Shown here in pieces: positions 33,369 through 34,856 of a stretch of DNA of 34,856 nucleotides. A program made the translations under genes and the position numbers. Position 1 is the first letter of the stretch; each line of letters starts with the position of its first letter. The stretch is from a virus (Duplodnaviria; Caudoviricetes): positions 1 through 34,856 of the IMG/VR virus record IMGVR_UViG_3300037962_000142; one strand, 5' to 3'. The notes beneath the pieces are model-generated. The model worked only from the letters and a program-made list of their open reading frames with translations, was not told the origin of the DNA and ran no database searches.

Positions 33369-34044
33369 CTGAGTCCTCCGAATAAAGGTTATCGAACACT
33401 TGGTTAACGTCCAATGTGTAGTCTAAATCTGATTTGCTGTAATGGACATGCTGCGAGGGCCTGAAATCTGGGGCTCCTTCGCCCACCTCAAACCAAGCCG
33501 GATGAGTGACCCTGACTCTGTTATTGGGTAGCGCCACGATATTCCCCGTCCACTGCCCCGCATCCAGCAATTCCAAAACATGGGCCTGCTTATGCTGAGC
33601 AGGGTCATCTGCAATTTCAGACTCAGTGTAATCCACCGTAAAGTAATACTTTGCAGGGTAGAAGTCGCCGTCTATTTTTGCAAGCCAAGGGCATGGGGTG
33701 CAGCGATCCATCACGTACACAGAATGAGTTCTTGAAGAGCAATCCCAAGGTTGAGCCGCCCAAGTCGGCATAGGCTCAGGCCATTCAGCAAATGGCGTAT
33801 CCCCAACCAAGGCCGTAATCGGCATCCTAGCCCACATAGCGCCACCATGAACATTGGGCTCGTCCGAGTCATAAGTTTCAGCGCCAGTAAAAATAATCTG
33901 AAAACTTAATGACCGGCAGGGAATGCTTGTTACCGCAATCGCCATCGCATGGAGAAACTCCCCGTGATACTTGGCGTGGTTGTGGGTGTATTCCTTTCTG
34001 ACCCAGCACTTAAAATAAGGAATGTTGCTCTGTAAGAAAGCCAT
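33358..34044 (-). CDS. Phage protein of unknown function (228 aa)
   Basis: Globular, aromatic-rich; QPWDC, YYFTVD, HKQAHV, LPNNR; GGAG SD. Confidence 0.7.
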   Translation of the reverse strand: MAFLQSNIPYFKCWVRKEYTHNHAKYHGEFLHAMAIAVTSIPCRSLSFQIIFTGAETYDSDEPNVHGGAMWARMPITALVGDTPFAEWPEPMPTWAAQPWDCSSRTHSVYVMDRCTPCPWLAKIDGDFYPAKYYFTVDYTESEIADDPAQHKQAHVLELLDAGQWTGNIVALPNNRVRVTHPAWFEVGEGAPDFRPSQHVHYSKSDLDYTLDVNQVFDNLYSEDSDAQ

Positions 34045-34070
34045 GCTGCTCCATCACGCTTTCCGCGCCA

Positions 34071-34856
34071 TCAGTAATAGTTTGCCTTCCTAGCATAGAT
34101 AGGCTCGTCTTCTTCATCACTGTTCAGTTTCAGGAAGCCGCCTTGCCTGAATCTGAGCAATGCCTGCGTTGAGGAGTCAACCAAGTCGTCATGCTCCCCT
34201 GAAGGGAAGGCCGCAAACTCTTCGATAACCTCTTCCGCGAACCTGAGTTCAGGTGCCCAAACAATCCCAGAGGCAAATAAATCTGCGACGGCGTTGACCC
34301 TAGCTATCTTGTCATTACCTCTGGACGGGGTGTACTCAGAAACAGGAATACCCATTGCCCTGAGTTCAAATATCAATGGCGTGCCTGCCGCTTTGGCCTC
34401 AACGATAAATGCATCCGGTTGCCAGTCCACCCAGTAGTCGTAGGCTTTCTTCTTGAGTTCCGGGAACTCCAGCCGCTCTTTATAGGCATCCAGAAGAATA
34501 ATGTTGGGCTGCTCTATGCCTGACTCGTCAGGGTGATAGAAGACGCCCCACGTAGTACAAGCAGAGTAGTCAGCACGTTGAGTCTTAAGAAAGGCCGTGT
34601 CCCATGACTGGATGACAAACTCACAAGCAGGAGGATTGTCTTTTTCCCAGACGCGCCACCATTCTCTTTTAACCAGAGCGCCCTCTTCCGAGGTAGGGTT
34701 TTGCTGATACTGGGCATTCCACTTCGGGGCCGGGAGTTCATTCCGCAGAGCTTCAAGCTCATCTTTGGGCCAGAACTCGGGCCACAGCGGTTCATCAGAA
34801 GGCATAAGTGCCGGGAACTCAATCAGTTCCCATTCATCAGAACCCGATCTTTGCAG
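34071..34856 (-). CDS. terL: Terminase large subunit, C-terminal nuclease domain (5' end outside window)
   Basis: Frame is open to the window edge (LQRSGSDEWELIEFPALMP...); AQYQQNP, SWDTA, IVEAKAAG, DKIAR, FPSGEHDDLVDSSTQAL. Confidence 0.93.
   Translation of the reverse strand: MQRSGSDEWELIEFPALMPSDEPLWPEFWPKDELEALRNELPAPKWNAQYQQNPTSEEGALVKREWWRVWEKDNPPACEFVIQSWDTAFLKTQRADYSACTTWGVFYHPDESGIEQPNIILLDAYKERLEFPELKKKAYDYWVDWQPDAFIVEAKAAGTPLIFELRAMGIPVSEYTPSRGNDKIARVNAVADLFASGIVWAPELRFAEEVIEEFAAFPSGEHDDLVDSSTQALLRFRQGGFLKLNSDEEDEPIYARKANYY

Overview
The whole window is the virion morphogenesis and lysis module of a tailed dsDNA bacteriophage with a short-tailed (podovirus, P22/BPP-1-like) layout. 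About 45 tightly packed genes all lie on the minus strand. In transcription order (right to left): terminase large subunit (cut by the window edge), portal, GroES, scaffold, capsid cement protein, major capsid protein, a terminator, a cluster of small Lys/Arg-rich proteins, head-tail adaptors, a ~1400 aa repeat tail fibre with an S74 chaperone domain, a lysis cassette (EF-hand holin candidate, two spanins, T4-type lysozyme), an unexplained Pro/Gly-rich disordered protein, a tail hub protein, a GNAT-fold protein and four large internal/ejection proteins (the last runs off the left edge and is missing from the ORF track). The spanins indicate a Gram-negative host. From memory, the capsid N-terminus plus GroES resemble abundant aquatic podoviruses (HTVC010P-type); this is unverified. 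The most interesting signals are a shared M-x-x-G-G-x-T-S motif across several unrelated internal proteins (possible processing or targeting system), a small basic protein that copies the capsid N-terminus, a covarying tandem hairpin before groES, a parS-like palindrome and structured leader after the capsid terminator, and a 54-aa helical repeat expansion in an ejection protein. No tRNA, CRISPR, integrase or replication genes were seen. All product calls rest on motifs and gene order; no database search was run.
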